A stretch of DNA of 64,000 nucleotides, taken from contig CBDUQR010000002.1 in assembly GCA_965369655.1 (NCBI GenBank), forward strand, positions 44,848 to 108,847, given 5' to 3'. This DNA comes from an uncultured bacterium (GTDB lineage: Bacteria > Zixibacteria > MSB-5A5 > JAABVY01 > JAHJOQ01). Shown one piece after another: positions 29,346-38,669 of this stretch (positions within the stretch are counted from its first letter, which is position 1; the number at the start of each line of letters is the position of its first letter). The notes under the pieces are model-generated. The model was not told the origin of the DNA. It searched no databases and saw only the letters and a program-made list of their open reading frames with translations. The translations under genes and the position numbers were made by a program.

Positions 29346-30646
29346 GATTCCTGCTTGTCATAGCGGTGATGCTGGCCTGCCTGACTGTGCAGGTGTCCGC
29401 TCAGACTGCGGCGGATGTGACCATCAAGCTGCACAGGAGCGGGTTCGATCAGTATCGGACCTCAGTTGAGGATTTCAAGGCATCACAGTTTGTCGTCTCT
29501 CCCGAAGAAATGAAGCTGGCGCTCGACATCGCTCAGATCGTGCGGGATGACCTCGATTTCCATATCGCGTTCAAGAATATCCCGATGGATTCGTCGCTCC
29601 TGACTGTCCTCGAAATGACTGAGATGACGCGGCTGGCGTGGAAACACCTCGGCGCCGAGTATCTTGTGACCGGGGATTTCGAGTTCACCGACGATGAAAT
29701 CTCCGTGCGGTATATGATCTGGGATCTCAACAGAATGATGGAGGTCAGGTCGGATGGTTTCCGGACCGACAGGCGCAATTACCGGGCGCTCGCGCACTCG
29801 ATCTCCGATGACGTAATCTGGCGGGTGGCCGGGTATGATCCGATATTCAACACTAAGACAACATATGTCTCGGCGAAGTCGGGTAACAAAGAGATCTATG
29901 TATGTGATTACGATGGTTCCAACGCCTATCCGCTTACCGCCAACGGTTCAATCAATATTTCGCCGGTATGGGACGCGCAGGGCAAGGCTGTTTACTATAC
30001 ATCGTATAAAGATGGTTCACCGGATCTGTTCCGGGTCGATCTTTCGGGCGGAAAGCACACGAAGGTGGCTTCGTTTCGCGGCCTGAATTCTGCCGCGGCG
30101 ATTTCCCCCGAGAACGATGAGATATGCCTGACACTCTCGAAAGACGGCAATGCAGAGCTTTATCTTCTCGAAATCTCTGGCAAGATCAAGAGAAGGCTGA
30201 CTCGCACTCGCGCAATCGAGTCATCGCCGTCGTTTGGCCCCGGTGCTCATGTCATAGCATTCTCATCCGACAGGACAGGCACGCCGCAGGTGTATCTCAT
30301 GGATCGAGAGGGGCTGAACGTGCACAGGGTGACATACGAAGGCAGATACAACGATTCACCGGCGCTTTCCCCGGATGGCTCCAAAATTGCATTCGTGACC
30401 CGGACGGCTCGCGGCAATTTCGATATATGCGTCGTCGATGTCGACGGTGAGAATTTCAGGGTGATTACAAACACCGGTTCCAACGAGAACCCCCACTGGG
30501 CGCCTGACAGCTATCACCTTATCTATTCTACAAGGAGAGGGGATGTCAGCGACCTGTATATCTCCGATTTTCTGGGGCTGAATAAGCGCAAGATCACTGG
30601 CGATATGAAATCGAGCAATCCATACTGGGGGCCAGCATCGAGGTAG
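29342..30646 (+). CDS. tolB: Tol-Pal beta-propeller protein
   Basis: Signal peptide, AHSISD, PD40 repeats (SPDGSKIAF, FSSDRTGTPQVY). Confidence 0.95.
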   Translation: MRFLLVIAVMLACLTVQVSAQTAADVTIKLHRSGFDQYRTSVEDFKASQFVVSPEEMKLALDIAQIVRDDLDFHIAFKNIPMDSSLLTVLEMTEMTRLAWKHLGAEYLVTGDFEFTDDEISVRYMIWDLNRMMEVRSDGFRTDRRNYRALAHSISDDVIWRVAGYDPIFNTKTTYVSAKSGNKEIYVCDYDGSNAYPLTANGSINISPVWDAQGKAVYYTSYKDGSPDLFRVDLSGGKHTKVASFRGLNSAAAISPENDEICLTLSKDGNAELYLLEISGKIKRRLTRTRAIESSPSFGPGAHVIAFSSDRTGTPQVYLMDREGLNVHRVTYEGRYNDSPALSPDGSKIAFVTRTARGNFDICVVDVDGENFRVITNTGSNENPHWAPDSYHLIYSTRRGDVSDLYISDFLGLNKRKITGDMKSSNPYWGPASR

Positions 30647-30754
30647 AGATCAAAAGTTATTGTTGACCGGTGCGGCTAACAATAATATGTTCTTTAGCCG
30701 GTAGGTAGTGGAGTAGAAGAATTACTGTTTGAGAAAATAGAAGGAGGAAGGGAC

Positions 30755-31276
30755 ATGTTTTCACGTGTATTGGCAATTTTGGGAATCATAGCGCTGGCAT
30801 CGATACTTGTGGTTGCCGGATGCGGAAAGAAGCCTGCAATTGAAGACAAGCCGGTAATTCCAGATGTGCCTGACACCACTGGGCAGGTAATCGATGAACC
30901 GGATATACCGGAGGATAAACCCGTTGTCAGGCTGACCGAGGATCAGTTAAGGATTGCGTACTTCGATTTCGACAAGTACAATCTGCGTTCCGACGCCAGA
31001 GACGCGCTCGAATACAATGCAAGACTTCTGAAGGACAATCCTGATGTTACAGTACTGATCGAGGGGCACTGCGATGAGCGCGGCACGGTCGAGTACAACC
31101 TTGCTTTGGGTGAGAAACGCGCCAAATCCGCCATGGATTATATCAAGAGTCTCGGAGTCGATGCTGATCGCCTGAACATCATATCCTACGGCAAGGAGCG
31201 TCCGATGGCATTGGGTCACGACGAATCCGCCTGGAGCAAGAACCGTCGCGCGAAGTTCACGATAACCTCGCAGTAG
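30755..31276 (+). CDS. pal: Peptidoglycan-associated lipoprotein
   Basis: Lipobox VAGC; YFDFDK, IEGHCDERGTVEYNLALGEKRA, SYGKERP, KNRRA. Confidence 0.98.
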   Translation: MFSRVLAILGIIALASILVVAGCGKKPAIEDKPVIPDVPDTTGQVIDEPDIPEDKPVVRLTEDQLRIAYFDFDKYNLRSDARDALEYNARLLKDNPDVTVLIEGHCDERGTVEYNLALGEKRAKSAMDYIKSLGVDADRLNIISYGKERPMALGHDESAWSKNRRAKFTITSQ

Positions 31277-31285
31277 TAGATAAGT

Positions 31286-32038
31286 ATGTTGAAGACATTT
31301 GTTCTTTCATTCCTGATCCCCATTCTCCTGTTGGCGGGATGTATGTCGTCCCGCCAATTGGACGAGATGTCGCTCAGGATGACTGTCATCGAGCAGCAGA
31401 ACCGGGCAATCGAGGAGAAGCTGATCGAACTCGACAGCCTCTCGGAGACTCTGCTTGAAGCGCTGACTGTGTTCAAGGCGCGGACCGAGTTCGCCGACGA
31501 GGCGGGCGATGCGCGTCTCGAAGAGATTAGCGCGAAACTCAACGATGTGCTCGATCGATCTGAGAGACTGCAAGCCTCGCTTACCGCACTGCAACTCGGA
31601 CTGGTGAGGACGCCGGTCGAGGACTCGACGGCCGCCCCTGGAGACATTGTTACTGATACGTTCACATATGTCGATGCGAGGAAGCTATTCGACAGAGCTT
31701 TCAAGGACCTGACAGCAGGCGATTATGCGCTGGCGGTGCTTGGATTTACGGAGTATGTCAAACTCTATCCGAAGACTGACCAGGCTGATGACGCTCAATT
31801 CCTGATCGGCGAGGCTCACTATCGGCAGAGCGACTACGCGCGGGCTAAAAGCGCTTATGTCGATGCCGAGAAGTCATATCCTGATTCGGATCGAATGCCG
31901 ACCGTTCTCTATAAACTGGGAAGATGTTACCAGGAGTTGGGCGACGATAAGAAGGCGAAGAAGTATTTCAATTTGACCGTAGAAAAGTTTCCTGAGACCC
32001 AGGAAGCGGAACTGGCGAAGGGTAAATTGGGCGGATAG
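31286..32038 (+). CDS. cpoB: Cell division coordinator CpoB/YbgF (TPR lipoprotein)
   Basis: Lipobox LAGC, coiled coil and TPR repeats; directly after pal. Confidence 0.9.
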   Translation: MLKTFVLSFLIPILLLAGCMSSRQLDEMSLRMTVIEQQNRAIEEKLIELDSLSETLLEALTVFKARTEFADEAGDARLEEISAKLNDVLDRSERLQASLTALQLGLVRTPVEDSTAAPGDIVTDTFTYVDARKLFDRAFKDLTAGDYALAVLGFTEYVKLYPKTDQADDAQFLIGEAHYRQSDYARAKSAYVDAEKSYPDSDRMPTVLYKLGRCYQELGDDKKAKKYFNLTVEKFPETQEAELAKGKLGG

Positions 32039-32052
32039 AGAAAGGCCAACAA

Positions 32053-32565
32053 TTGGGTGATTGCCGGATATCTGTCGATGTCGCCGGTGCGAAAAATATC
32101 CCGCAGGCGAGGGGATTCTATGATCTCATGGAGAATCTCCTCAACTTCCCGATAAAAGCGAGGGGGAAATTCCACTCTTATATCCAGAGCGAGTATCTAT
32201 CCATAGACATTGATAAGAAGGGGTTCCTGCTCAACGTGGAGGTCTCTCTCCCTCGTGATGACTGGACGGCTGACCCGCGCATTGTCGTACCTGTCGGCGC
32301 CGAGATGAGCAAGCTGCGTTTCCTCGATTACCGGCTCGACATATCGGGGGAGTCGTACTTCACAAACGAGAAGAAAGACCTGCTGTATATATGCTTCTCT
32401 CAGGACCGGCATGTCAAGACATTCGAGATCGCAGAGAACATTCTCGCCGATGTCAACCTCGTGAACGAACTTGTTGGCCTGTGGCTGCTCAGTCTCGAGG
32501 AAGACTACGAATTCAAGGCGGAGATGGCGTTCCGAAAAGGTGTGGAAGTCAAGAGCCGGAAGTAG
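32053..32565 (+). CDS. Hypothetical protein with two DUF2283-like repeats
   Basis: DLLYICF...IAENILADVN...LVGLWL and SIDIDKKGFLLNVEV; co-oriented with tol-pal. Confidence 0.6.
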   Translation: MGDCRISVDVAGAKNIPQARGFYDLMENLLNFPIKARGKFHSYIQSEYLSIDIDKKGFLLNVEVSLPRDDWTADPRIVVPVGAEMSKLRFLDYRLDISGESYFTNEKKDLLYICFSQDRHVKTFEIAENILADVNLVNELVGLWLLSLEEDYEFKAEMAFRKGVEVKSRK

Positions 32566-34339
32566 TATCTTTCTGATTCCCGTACCATTCCCAGAAACTG
32601 ATCGATTCACTGTACAGATGTTTGATAATCTGAATCTGTTGTCTTAGCATATAATCTCGTTCAAAAAGATCAGCATCGATATCTCCAAACGAGAAATCAA
32701 TAGGTGGCTTAGGTTGGAATATTTCGTTCGGCTCGATAAGCCTGTAGACTATCCCCTGTGGAGCCGGTCTGAAGTACGCTTTGTCACGGAAGTCGTGTAT
32801 CATGATGAAATATTTCGGTCTGTCAGGTACTGACATAATTGCTGAAATGAGTGACTGAAAGGCATCCTCGATCACTGCCTGATCAAACTCCAGTCCACGT
32901 TCGAACAGTCTCAATTGCGGTATAAGACGTTCCCGCTCCTCTTTGATACTCCTATAAAGAGCAGAATCGATCGCTTCGATATAGTCATAGTACCAACTTC
33001 TCCGCAACAATTCATAATCGATAGCAGTGATGTCGAGTCTTTCTTTATCGATGTTTTGCCTGTACAGGAGTGGGCTGTAGAAGCTCCAGTTGGTGGTAAG
33101 AAAAATACCGTTAGGTTCTATTGAAGCAAGCAGCATGTCGGTCTGCTTGTCGACAAAATCATAACGGCTTCGATCTGCGAAGGATCGTCCTGTGACAATT
33201 AAGTGTGTCCCCAATAAGAGAAAGATTACAGCGACGACAACAGGGGCTTCAATTTTCGGTAATCTCGGCAGCTTGTGGAATGCCAGGTCAACCAATGCTG
33301 CGATGCCGACGGCGCAGAACAGCGCGTAGATGAATATCATCGGGAGCAGGTATGTGTCGATCTCAGGGATCGTGTATCCGGCGGCGAAGACAATGTTCAG
33401 AGCGAGAATCACCAGCAGGCAGGCCGACAGGATTCGGTCTCTCCTGAACAAATGAATCAGTCCGAACAGAGCGGGGATAATCAGCGCGATTGGGAATTCA
33501 GTGACTGTCATTCGGATGAGATCGAACATGCTCGATATGTGCTCATCGAATGGCTTGTTGAACATCCATGTACGATATTGCCAGCCGGAAGCGTGCCTTA
33601 TGAAGTTCTCGAATGTCGATGGGTTACCCCAATTGAGTAGTGGCGATTGAGATGCTCGTATCGGTAGATACAAATACGCGCTGATCGCGATCGGCAGCAT
33701 GATTGCAGCAGTCGTTGCCAGTCTGCTAAACTGACGGCGAAGATTGCGGTCGGCGATGACCCACAGCATGATCGCAGCCGCGACGAAAACGGTCGATGAG
33801 TGATTGCAGAACGACAACCCGACAATGTATGCTATCAATGCAAATATCCGGATGTCGGATCGCCCGGGGGTGAAGCGGGCACGAGTTACCAGAAAAGTGA
33901 TCGCCGACAGGAAGAGAAGATGAAGAGCGTAGACTTCATTCGTGACCGACAGAATCCATACCTGAGGCGAGTAGAGAAGAAGCATGCCGGATGTTGCTGC
34001 CGCGACAAGAGTCAACGACGATTTTCTGTTTCCCGGACGCAGTGAGCCGAAAAGAATTAGGCATGTGAGAAAAAAGAAGATAGCTGAGCCGATTCCACAA
34101 ACGACTGACAGGAACGATACTGCCTGAATAACCTCACCGGGATGGAGAATGCAGAACAGTCTTCCCAGCAGCGTGTAGAGTGGATATCCCGGCGGATGCG
34201 CGATACCGAGTGTGCTGCAGGCGACGGCAAGTTCGCCTGAATCAACGAATCCTACGTAGTTGGCGGATGTCCTGACAAGCCAGGCGAAATTCACCAACAG
34301 CAGTGCGCCGACTGCAAGCTTTGCGGCTTTAGAGTTCAT
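32549..34339 (-). CDS. DUF2723 / TMEM260-like GT-C membrane glycosyltransferase
   Basis: DSGEL...LGIAHPPGYPLY, EVYALH, GLSFCNH, YLYLPIRA...WGNP; multiple TM helices. Confidence 0.9.
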   Translation of the reverse strand: MNSKAAKLAVGALLLVNFAWLVRTSANYVGFVDSGELAVACSTLGIAHPPGYPLYTLLGRLFCILHPGEVIQAVSFLSVVCGIGSAIFFFLTCLILFGSLRPGNRKSSLTLVAAATSGMLLLYSPQVWILSVTNEVYALHLLFLSAITFLVTRARFTPGRSDIRIFALIAYIVGLSFCNHSSTVFVAAAIMLWVIADRNLRRQFSRLATTAAIMLPIAISAYLYLPIRASQSPLLNWGNPSTFENFIRHASGWQYRTWMFNKPFDEHISSMFDLIRMTVTEFPIALIIPALFGLIHLFRRDRILSACLLVILALNIVFAAGYTIPEIDTYLLPMIFIYALFCAVGIAALVDLAFHKLPRLPKIEAPVVVAVIFLLLGTHLIVTGRSFADRSRYDFVDKQTDMLLASIEPNGIFLTTNWSFYSPLLYRQNIDKERLDITAIDYELLRRSWYYDYIEAIDSALYRSIKEERERLIPQLRLFERGLEFDQAVIEDAFQSLISAIMSVPDRPKYFIMIHDFRDKAYFRPAPQGIVYRLIEPNEIFQPKPPIDFSFGDIDADLFERDYMLRQQIQIIKHLYSESISFWEWYGNQKDTTSGS

Positions 34340-34352
34340 CCGCCTTTAAGAT

Positions 34353-34778
34353 TTAGAACGGCAGATCGTCATCTTCGCCCGGTGTGGCTTCGGGGAAGTC
34401 GGCTTCAGCCGGAGCTGTCTGGTCGAATCCGGACGTTGATGAATCGCCTTTACGTCCGAGAAACTCCATTTTCTGGAGCACCACTTCGGAAGTGTACCGT
34501 TTGTTGCCGTCTTTATCCTCGTAGCTGCTGTTGTCGATGCGTCCTTCGATGTAGACCGGACTGCCTTTGGACAAATACTCATTTGCGACTTCGGCATGCC
34601 GGCCCCATGCGACGATACGGTGCCATGTGGTTCTTTCCTGCAGCTCGCCGCTCTTGTCCTTGAATTTCTCTGAAGTCGCTATCGAGAACTTGGTGACCGC
34701 AGTGCCGTTCGGAGTGTATCTCATCTCCGGGTCGCGCCCCAAATTGCCTATCAGAATTGCTTTGTTGACAGACGCCAT
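34353..34778 (-). CDS. ssb: Single-stranded DNA-binding protein
   Basis: VNKAILIGNLGRDPEMRY, C-terminal DDDLPF; SD AGGAGG. Confidence 0.99.
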   Translation of the reverse strand: MASVNKAILIGNLGRDPEMRYTPNGTAVTKFSIATSEKFKDKSGELQERTTWHRIVAWGRHAEVANEYLSKGSPVYIEGRIDNSSYEDKDGNKRYTSEVVLQKMEFLGRKGDSSTSGFDQTAPAEADFPEATPGEDDDLPF

Positions 34779-34808
34779 GTAACCTCCTGTTTTGTTCGAT
34801 ACTGTGGG

Positions 34809-34837
34809 AATATACTACAGTAGAGGTTGGTTGTCAA
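34809..34837 (-). promoter_or_regulatory. ssb sigma70 promoter, overlapped by the inverted repeat TACTGT-N11-ACAGTA (34800-34822)
   Basis: TTGACA-17-TATATT on the minus strand. Confidence 0.65.
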
Positions 34838-34876
34838 ATTAGTTGCTCGATATTTGAAAGTCTTGACCATATTCAG

Positions 34877-34928
34877 AACCCACCCGAAGCTGCGCTTTGG
34901 ACAGGAAGGGGTTTCGATCTACTCAACT
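34877..34928. repeat. Chimeric REP remnant overlapping the stop codon of the HEPN gene
   Basis: 34877-34900 resembles 26706-26730; 34899-34928 matches 39160-39189 at 26/30. Confidence 0.65.
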
Positions 34929-35695
34929 ATTAGTTCCCTAGCGAAAAGATCTTTCATCATCTGATTTGTTGCGTCAATTGACAGAGACAGCAGGTCTTGT
35001 GCTTGATCCAAGTCATACCGCGCATCTGGATGTTGAGTTGGATTGCGGAAATTTATCCGGATGTTATCGAGATGATCTAATAGTGACTTCTTTGGGACGT
35101 CACTGCGTTTTCTAAGGTGCATTATCATCGCGTTCCACATCAGTGATTTAGTGCGACCACGCTTTACAATCGTCGTATAGTAATACCGGAGTGCCCCTTC
35201 AGTGCCACGCATAAGATGGAACGCTGCTGCTGTTGAGAGTGCAAAACCAATACAATGACAGGCCTGCGCAAAGTCAAACTGTGTAATTGTAGGCAATGTT
35301 GAATAGACGCCTTTGGCGAAGAGATTCCCTGGGCTATATAACAAATTGTCTAAGTCAAAACGCTTCGGCGTGACAATATACGCGTAACGGAGTTGCAACT
35401 CAGCATCAAGAGTCTTGTCGAGTTGTTCGATAGCTTCGTGGACCTCTGTCTCTAGATCGCCATCCATTTTCGAATCTACAGGCAGTTTTTTGACTCGACT
35501 TTGAATCAAGCGAAGCATCCCTGCTGCCTGATTCGTTACCTGAAGATTCAGACCGTCAGCATAACTAAGGAACTCGTTGATCCGATCCAGAAGGGAATTA
35601 CTTTCTCCATGCACAGTCATTCCCTTCTTCGAGAATCGAAGGATGTTGTAATTGTACCCGAATGCAAAATAGTCGTATATTGGGATACGCTTCAT
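34919..35695 (-). CDS. HEPN-superfamily (DUF4145-like) protein, putative RNase
   Basis: DFAQACHC...TAAAFHLMRGTEGALR and the R-x4-H motif RNPTQH; AT-richer than neighbours; own promoter TTGACT-17-TATACT (35777-35805). Confidence 0.7.
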   Translation of the reverse strand: MKRIPIYDYFAFGYNYNILRFSKKGMTVHGESNSLLDRINEFLSYADGLNLQVTNQAAGMLRLIQSRVKKLPVDSKMDGDLETEVHEAIEQLDKTLDAELQLRYAYIVTPKRFDLDNLLYSPGNLFAKGVYSTLPTITQFDFAQACHCIGFALSTAAAFHLMRGTEGALRYYYTTIVKRGRTKSLMWNAMIMHLRKRSDVPKKSLLDHLDNIRINFRNPTQHPDARYDLDQAQDLLSLSIDATNQMMKDLFARELIVE

Positions 35696-35876
35696 TAGTA
35701 GTTCCTCACTTTCGCCTCATCGAAATCGTAATTTTAAAAAACAATAGCTCCGTCTTCAGGAATCCAGATAATTAAAAGTATATTGCAAGTGGCTTTGGTA
35801 GTCAAGCGATTGGTGCGAAATTCGTTCACGGTATGAGTAGGGGTGAGCTCGCAGCGGAGTGAATGGTTCAGTTCTT

Positions 35877-35942
35877 GTAGGTCAAGCGCGCTCGCGCTTG
35901 ACGATTAGAAAAGATGTCAAGCGGTCAGGCCGCTTGACCTAC
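35877..35942. repeat. GTAG-type REP doublet
   Basis: GTAG-GTCAAGCGCGCTCGCGCTTGAC ... GTCAAGCGGTCAGGCCGCTTGAC-CTAC. Confidence 0.8.
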
Positions 35943-35967
35943 AAGACTGCGGATATCTGTAATCTCC

Positions 35968-35995
35968 TTGACTTGAATGCTCGCCTCGGTATACT
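35968..35995 (+). promoter_or_regulatory. Sigma70 promoter giving a probable leaderless rsmI mRNA
   Basis: TTGACT-16-TATACT-6 nt-ATG; no SD. Confidence 0.65.
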
Positions 35996-36001
35996 TCTGT
36001 T

Positions 36002-36685
36002 ATGAGTGATGGAAAATTATACATAGTCGCGACGCCTATCGGTAATCTCTCTGATGTTACTCAGCGAGCTGCGGACACGCTTCGTTCAGTCGATATCATC
36101 GCATGCGAAGATACAAGGCATTCTGGCAAATTGCTCAAACATCACGGTATCTCTGCGAGACTGATTCAGTACCACGATCACAACAAAGATCATTCCGCGC
36201 CCGGCATCGTCAAGATGCTTCTCGAAGGACACGATGTCGCGCTAATCACCGACTCGGGCACGCCGGGCATCTCTGATCCGGCATTTGTACTCGTGCGACT
36301 CGCGCTGGCCGATGACATAGAAATTATCACCATTCCAGGCGCCTGCGCAGCTATCGCAGCGCTCACCATCTCGGGACTGCCGATGGACAGGTTTGCGTTC
36401 GAGGGTTTCCTGCCTGTGCGAGTTGGTAGACGAAGAACGAGACTCCTGAGTGTCAAGGATGATCCGCGCACGCAAGTGTTCTACGAATCGCCTCATCGGC
36501 TTGTCAAGGTGCTCGCCGCTATGAGGGAAGTATTCGGAAACAGGAATGTGGCGATCGCGCGGGAATTGACCAAGATCCACGAAGAGGTTATCAGGGGGAC
36601 GTTCGACGACATCTTAGACCGGTTCAGCGAGTCAAAACCACGAGGGGAATTCGTCATCATTGTCGAAGGAAACACCGGCAAATAG
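36002..36685 (+). CDS. rsmI: 16S rRNA C1402 2'-O-methyltransferase
   Basis: LYIVATPIGNL, ACEDTR, DSGTPGISDP, FYESPHR, ARELTKIHEE. Confidence 0.97.
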   Translation: MSDGKLYIVATPIGNLSDVTQRAADTLRSVDIIACEDTRHSGKLLKHHGISARLIQYHDHNKDHSAPGIVKMLLEGHDVALITDSGTPGISDPAFVLVRLALADDIEIITIPGACAAIAALTISGLPMDRFAFEGFLPVRVGRRRTRLLSVKDDPRTQVFYESPHRLVKVLAAMREVFGNRNVAIARELTKIHEEVIRGTFDDILDRFSESKPRGEFVIIVEGNTGK

Positions 36686-37559
36686 CAGCAGCCGCGGACT
36701 CATCCCGGTAGATTATCTGGTCCTTGGCTACCTGATTCTTACAAGCACACTTTTTATCGTCTCAGATTGTGCTGCTTCCTGTCGAATTGTATGGCTCGGA
36801 TTCAATGCAGCAGCGGCAGTGCTTGTTCTGATTCTCAGGAGAATCGACCTGCGAGCATCCGGACGCGGCGTCAGATGGCTGCGAGAATACTATCCCGTCC
36901 TGCTGTTCACATTCTTCTATGAACAGACCCAGCCCTTAATTGACGCGTTCAGTTCAGGATGGCTCGATGCTCAGGTGGTCGAGTTCGAGATTGAGCTTCT
37001 CGGATTGCAGCCCTCGCTTGTGGTGGAGAGGTACTTCAGCCCGCTCCTGAATGATGTCATAATTGGGTGCTATGTTTCGTACTACCTTTGGCTGCCTGTG
37101 GGACTGCTGTACTTTCTGATCAGGAGTGATGAGAATACCGCTGACCAGGTTCTCACGGCGGCGACCATAGTATTCTTCATTTCATATGCGACCTTCGTTC
37201 TCTACCCGGTCGAGGGGCCGAGATACCATCTTGCAGGTCTGTTCGAAAGAGACATGGTCGGGTACATCTTCGTGCCACTGGTCGGACAGATCATGGATAC
37301 TGCGGCAGTACATGGCGGTGCCATGCCGTCGTCTCATACAGCAACCGCGCTGATCGTGCTTGTGGGACTGTTTCGTCGGTCAAGACGGCTTGGAATTCTG
37401 CTTTTGCCTGTCTTCCTCGGTCTGATGATCGGATGTGTCTGGGGGCGATTTCATTATGTATCCGATGTCGCTGTCGGGATCGCCATCGCGATTCTCGCGG
37501 AATGCCTGACGAGGCTCATATTTGCCAGAGGATGGTTGGGAGCGCGCCGACTGCTATAA
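36660..37559 (+). CDS. PAP2-family membrane phosphatase/phosphotransferase, Aur1/Ipt1-like
   Basis: Y..YY helix, YPVEGPRY, AMPSSH, HYVSD; multi-TM. Confidence 0.8.
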   Translation: MSKETPANSSSRGLIPVDYLVLGYLILTSTLFIVSDCAASCRIVWLGFNAAAAVLVLILRRIDLRASGRGVRWLREYYPVLLFTFFYEQTQPLIDAFSSGWLDAQVVEFEIELLGLQPSLVVERYFSPLLNDVIIGCYVSYYLWLPVGLLYFLIRSDENTADQVLTAATIVFFISYATFVLYPVEGPRYHLAGLFERDMVGYIFVPLVGQIMDTAAVHGGAMPSSHTATALIVLVGLFRRSRRLGILLLPVFLGLMIGCVWGRFHYVSDVAVGIAIAILAECLTRLIFARGWLGARRLL

Positions 37560-37615
37560 AGTTGTTGATCGATCGATATAACATGAGTATCATCCTGCCT
37601 GTTTGAAAGGACCGC

Positions 37616-38431
37616 ATGTATCCTGAGATAGTCAAATTAGGACCGATAGTTATCCGCTCGTATGGATTGATGTTGGCGTTGTCGTTCTTTGCTGGTGTGC
37701 TGTTGGTGAGATATCGAGCAAAGAAGATCGGCGTCAATCCCGAGTTTGTGGTGAATTTATCGTTTATCGTCATTATTGCAGGAGTCATCGGGGCAAGGCT
37801 GTTCTACGCATTTTATCACTGGTCGGATTTTGCCGGAGATATGCTTGATATCTTCAATCCTTTCGGATCATCTGAAGGTTTTGGAATTGCCGGTCTGAAC
37901 ATGCAGGGTGGATTGTTGCTCGCATTTCTGTCGGCTGTCGGTTACTGCCTGATCAGGAAGCAATCGATTGCGGTAGTATTCGACCTGTTTGCTCCGGCGG
38001 TCGCCCTTGGGATATTCATCACCCGAATCGGATGCTTCCTCAATGGCTGCTGCTTTGGTACGGAATGCGATTTGCCGTGGGCGGTTCGTTTCCCGGAGGG
38101 GAGTATTCCGAATTCGCACCTTGGCGATGTTTACATACATCCGGCGCAGTTGTATTCGTCGCTTTACGGGCTTTTGTTGTTTTTCATTCTGTCTTTTGTC
38201 GAAAAGAAGAAGACTTTTGTGGGATTGACATTCTCTCTGTTTCTCATAATCGAGGCAGTGTTTAGATACGCGATAGAATACGTTCGCTACTATGAGTATC
38301 AGATGAAGGTTGAGCTTTTCGGTGTGATGTTTACCTACAATCACATTGTCGCGATTCTGATGTTCCTGGCTGGCTGGGGATTGCTTCTATTCTTTCGCGC
38401 AAGAGTCGGATCGAAGACACCTGCCGTTTAG
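37616..38431 (+). CDS. lgt: Prolipoprotein diacylglyceryl transferase
   Basis: SYGLM, GARLFY, RIGCFLNGCCFG, HPAQLY. Confidence 0.95.
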   Translation: MYPEIVKLGPIVIRSYGLMLALSFFAGVLLVRYRAKKIGVNPEFVVNLSFIVIIAGVIGARLFYAFYHWSDFAGDMLDIFNPFGSSEGFGIAGLNMQGGLLLAFLSAVGYCLIRKQSIAVVFDLFAPAVALGIFITRIGCFLNGCCFGTECDLPWAVRFPEGSIPNSHLGDVYIHPAQLYSSLYGLLLFFILSFVEKKKTFVGLTFSLFLIIEAVFRYAIEYVRYYEYQMKVELFGVMFTYNHIVAILMFLAGWGLLLFFRARVGSKTPAV

Positions 38432-38433
38432 AC

Positions 38434-38653
38434 AGTAGGTCAAGCTCACTTGGAGCTTGACTCTTCACACGTCACGCCCCTCTTCGTCAAACTCAAGACA
38501 GAGCAAGTGGGCATGTTTGTGGGCGGCAGACGTCCTCGTCTGCCCCATCCAGCGTTGACATCGGCAGATGTGGACATCTGCCCCGCACAAGTAGGTCAAG
38601 CTCACTTGGAGCTTGACACTTCACACGTCATGCCCCGAGTGGGCATGACCTAC
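38434..38653. repeat. REP cluster containing a 47-bp direct repeat (38434-38480 / 38590-38636, 2 mismatches)
   Basis: GTAG-GTCAAGCTCACTTGGAGCTTGAC occurs twice, flanking a GGCAGACG...CGTCTGCC / GGCAGATG...CATCTGCC doublet; lies between convergent genes. Confidence 0.8.
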
Positions 38654-38669
38654 TACTCTGCGACCTAAT

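Noticed and set aside
38434-38636. 47-bp direct repeat as a mini-CRISPR or att site
   Set aside because: Only two copies, built from REP palindromes, with a spacer that is itself repeat DNA; no cas or integrase
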